Origin: Synergistaceae bacterium
GTDB lineage: Bacteria; Synergistota; Synergistia; Synergistales; Aminiphilaceae
NCBI GenBank assembly: GCA_036769705.1
Contig: DAIPKP010000002.1
Location: 7,171 to 71,170, forward strand
Reading direction: 5' to 3'
Length of the DNA: 64,000 nucleotides
In this document: positions 61,687 to 64,000 of the stretch, piece by piece
How positions within the stretch are numbered: the stretch's first letter is position 1
How the letters are laid out: the number at the start of each line of letters is the position of its first letter
Translations under genes and position numbers: made by a program
Notes under the pieces: generated by a model
Database searches by the model: none
Seen by the model: only the letters and a program-made list of their open reading frames with translations
Told to the model about the DNA's origin: nothing

Positions 61687-64000
61687 ATGAAGGAATCTGT
61701 AGATACCTACAGATTGCCTCTGGAGGAATTGCGTAAAGTCACGGATGTAGAGATTCTGGGTATAGAATCTACAGAAGATGTTTCTCCTTTAGAGGGAATT
61801 ATTGGGCAACAACGAGCAGTAGAATCTATATCCTTTGGTTTGAATATAAAAAATCGAGGGTATAACCTTTTCGTAGTGGGAGAATATGGAAGCGGTAGGA
61901 CTACATATACCCTGAAAGAACTTAATGAAAAAGCCTCTGAAATCCCTGCTCCTCCGGATTGGCTTTATGCATATAATTTTTCCAACCCCAGCTACCCAAT
62001 CGCTTTGAAGCTTCCCGCAGGGCAAGGAGATATGCTTGCAGAAAAACTGGATTCCCTGATAGAAGATTTGAAGCTCGTTTTAAGCAAAGCCTTTGACAAC
62101 AGCCAATATGAAGATCAGAAAGCACAACTTGTTAAGGAGTTCCAGGAAAGCGTCAACGAGAAAATGGAAGAGGTCCGGACATGGGCTCTTGAAAAAGATT
62201 TTGCCATAAAACGTACTCCCCAAGGTTTTGTCAATATCCCGATGCAGGAAGATGTGGATGAAAAGGGAGAACATACCAAGCGAGAAATGCAGCAAGAAGA
62301 TTTCGAAAAACTTTCGGAAGAAGAAAAAAAGAATCTTCAAGAAATTTCTGAAGCCATATCCATGCGAACCCTTGAGGCTCTCCGCCTGATTCGGGATAAA
62401 GAGAAAAATTTAAAAGATAAGATAAAGGATCTGGAAGAGAAAATTTGTCGTCAGGCTATTGCCCCTTATTTGGGTGAATTTTCGGAATCCTTTTCTCCAG
62501 ATGAGAAACTGGGAGAATGGATAACATCTCTAACAGAAGACATTATCGAGAATTTTAGCATGTTTCTTGCGGCATCAAAGGACGAGAATGCTGAAGTGGA
62601 TTTTAGCCGCTACAAGGTGAACGTTTTTATTTCAAATAATCCCGAGGATGGAGCTCCGGTAATTATTGAAACGAATCCTACTTATTACAATACCGTAGGA
62701 AAGATTGAATACGAAAGCAGGCAAGGGCATCTTTATACAGATTTCACTAAAATCATAGCGGGGGCGGTTCATAAAGCGAATGGTGGTTTTCTTGTCCTCC
62801 AAGCGGATGATCTTTTCCGTCAGTTTATGACTTGGGAGGCCCTAAAAAGAGTCCTTAAAACGGGCACTCTGGCTATTGAAAATCTTGGCGAACAGCTTGG
62901 TTTCGTCCCTGTAGCATCCCTTCGCCCGGAACCCATAGAAATTGATGTGAAGATAGTTATCATAGGTTCTCGGTGGATTTATCATCTTCTCACGATTTAC
63001 GACCCGGAATTTAAAAAATTATTTAAGATTAAAGCTGATTTCGATGTGGATATGCCCCGAAAAATTGAAACGGAACGAGAATTCGCCAAGTTTGTAGCAG
63101 GATTTGTGCACAAGGAAGAATTACTTCCCTTCAGCAAAGATGCTGTAGGAGAACTTGTGGATTGGGCATGTCGTATCGCAGGGCATAAGGATCGCATGAC
63201 TACCCAATTTAATAAGATAGGCGAAGTTATTATAGAATCTTCTGCATGGGCTTCTCAGGAAAAGAGGAGCTTGGTTTCTCGAGAAAACGTGCGAAAGGCT
63301 ATTGAAAAGAAATATTTCCGCTCGAACCTTATAGAAGAACATGTGCTCCGAGCATATCACGAAAAAATCATCCTTGTAGAAACGGAAGGGACAAAAATCG
63401 GTCAAATCAATGGGTTGGCTGTTGTGGACATCGGAGATCATGTTTTCGGTCATCCCACAAGAATTACAGCAAATGTTTTTATGGGGCAAAGTGGCGTTGT
63501 TAACATCGAGCGGGAAGTCAAACTTACGGGACCGATTCACAACAAGGGACTTCTTACTCTAAGCAGCTATCTTGGCAGAAAATATGCTCAGGATATGCCT
63601 CTTACCCTTTCGGCACGCCTTGCTTTTGAACAATCTTATGATGGCATCGAAGGAGACAGCGCTTCTTCTACAGAGCTTTATTGTCTTCTCTCCGCTTTGG
63701 CTGAGATTCCGATAAATCAGGGGATTGCCGTAACGGGATCGGTAGATCAATTTGGCATGATACAACCCATAGGCGGAGCAAACGAAAAAATAGAAGGATT
63801 TTTTAATGTTTGTCAACATCGGGGCCTTACGGGGAAACAAGGAGTTCTTATTCCTTTCCAAAATGTAGCAAACCTTATGCTTAATCATAAAGTCCTCGAC
63901 GCCGTCAGGGAAGGCCTTTTTCACGTTTGGGCTGTTTCTACAATAGATGAAGGGATAGAAATTCTTACGGGGGAAACCCCGGGAGAAAAAGACGATTCGG
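61687..64000 (+). CDS. Lon-like protease with AAA-like domain carrying a helical insertion (LonC-type), 3' end outside the window; absent from the ORF track
   Basis: Open frame from ATG 61687 (GAGGAGGAG SD, 1 nt after the mnmA stop) to the window edge. GIIGQQRAVESI, VVGEYGSGRTT (Arg at the P-loop Lys position), a roughly 200-aa coiled-coil insert, GGFLVLQADD, and the protease domain GIEGDSASSTELYCLLSAL plus GGANEKIEGFF. Confidence 0.85.
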   Translation, partial: MKESVDTYRLPLEELRKVTDVEILGIESTEDVSPLEGIIGQQRAVESISFGLNIKNRGYNLFVVGEYGSGRTTYTLKELNEKASEIPAPPDWLYAYNFSNPSYPIALKLPAGQGDMLAEKLDSLIEDLKLVLSKAFDNSQYEDQKAQLVKEFQESVNEKMEEVRTWALEKDFAIKRTPQGFVNIPMQEDVDEKGEHTKREMQQEDFEKLSEEEKKNLQEISEAISMRTLEALRLIRDKEKNLKDKIKDLEEKICRQAIAPYLGEFSESFSPDEKLGEWITSLTEDIIENFSMFLAASKDENAEVDFSRYKVNVFISNNPEDGAPVIIETNPTYYNTVGKIEYESRQGHLYTDFTKIIAGAVHKANGGFLVLQADDLFRQFMTWEALKRVLKTGTLAIENLGEQLGFVPVASLRPEPIEIDVKIVIIGSRWIYHLLTIYDPEFKKLFKIKADFDVDMPRKIETEREFAKFVAGFVHKEELLPFSKDAVGELVDWACRIAGHKDRMTTQFNKIGEVIIESSAWASQEKRSLVSRENVRKAIEKKYFRSNLIEEHVLRAYHEKIILVETEGTKIGQINGLAVVDIGDHVFGHPTRITANVFMGQSGVVNIEREVKLTGPIHNKGLLTLSSYLGRKYAQDMPLTLSARLAFEQSYDGIEGDSASSTELYCLLSALAEIPINQGIAVTGSVDQFGMIQPIGGANEKIEGFFNVCQHRGLTGKQGVLIPFQNVANLMLNHKVLDAVREGLFHVWAVSTIDEGIEILTGETPGEKDDS

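Noticed and set aside
1-64000. Scan for CRISPR arrays, IS elements or transposases, integrases, toxin-antitoxin pairs, restriction-modification or other defence systems
   Set aside because: No direct-repeat/spacer periodicity, no terminal inverted repeats flanking an ORF, and no recombinase-like or nuclease-methylase-like products were seen. The window looks like core chromosome.

Overview
The window is dense, almost entirely housekeeping chromosome. I call about 68 protein genes, 62 of them on the + strand, plus 2 tRNAs. I found no CRISPR array, transposase, integrase or prophage signature. Gene order is Firmicutes-like (ispE-purR; yicC-remA-gmk-rpoZ-coaBC-priA; tmk-yaaR-holB-ricT; ruvCAB-queA). 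Together with a histidine-degradation/amino-acid-uptake block (hutH, a livHMGF-K-type ABC transporter, ftcD, hutI), this suggests an anaerobic amino-acid fermenter, possibly Synergistota- or Clostridia-like; that is weak inference. Three genes are missed or mis-bounded by the ORF track. (1) selD is a selenoprotein gene with an in-frame TGA and a SECIS-like hairpin; yedF, selA and selB are also in the window. (2) prfB needs the classic +1 frameshift at CTT TGA C. (3) A Lon-like protease gene runs off the 3' edge and is not listed at all. The best candidates for poorly understood biology are these: a three-gene LigB-type/AMMECR1/radical-SAM cassette (an AmmeMemoRadiSam-like system of unknown function); a lone radical-SAM enzyme with a Cx6Cx2C motif and a C-terminal helix-hairpin-helix; a PriA whose ATPase motifs all look degenerate; an uncharacterised gene pair (unknown + DUF4416) between ftsY and purB; and a RicT/PSP1 protein with a roughly 215-residue basic tail. 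I see no convincing novel defence or mobile system. All family assignments come from reading motifs by eye, not from searches.
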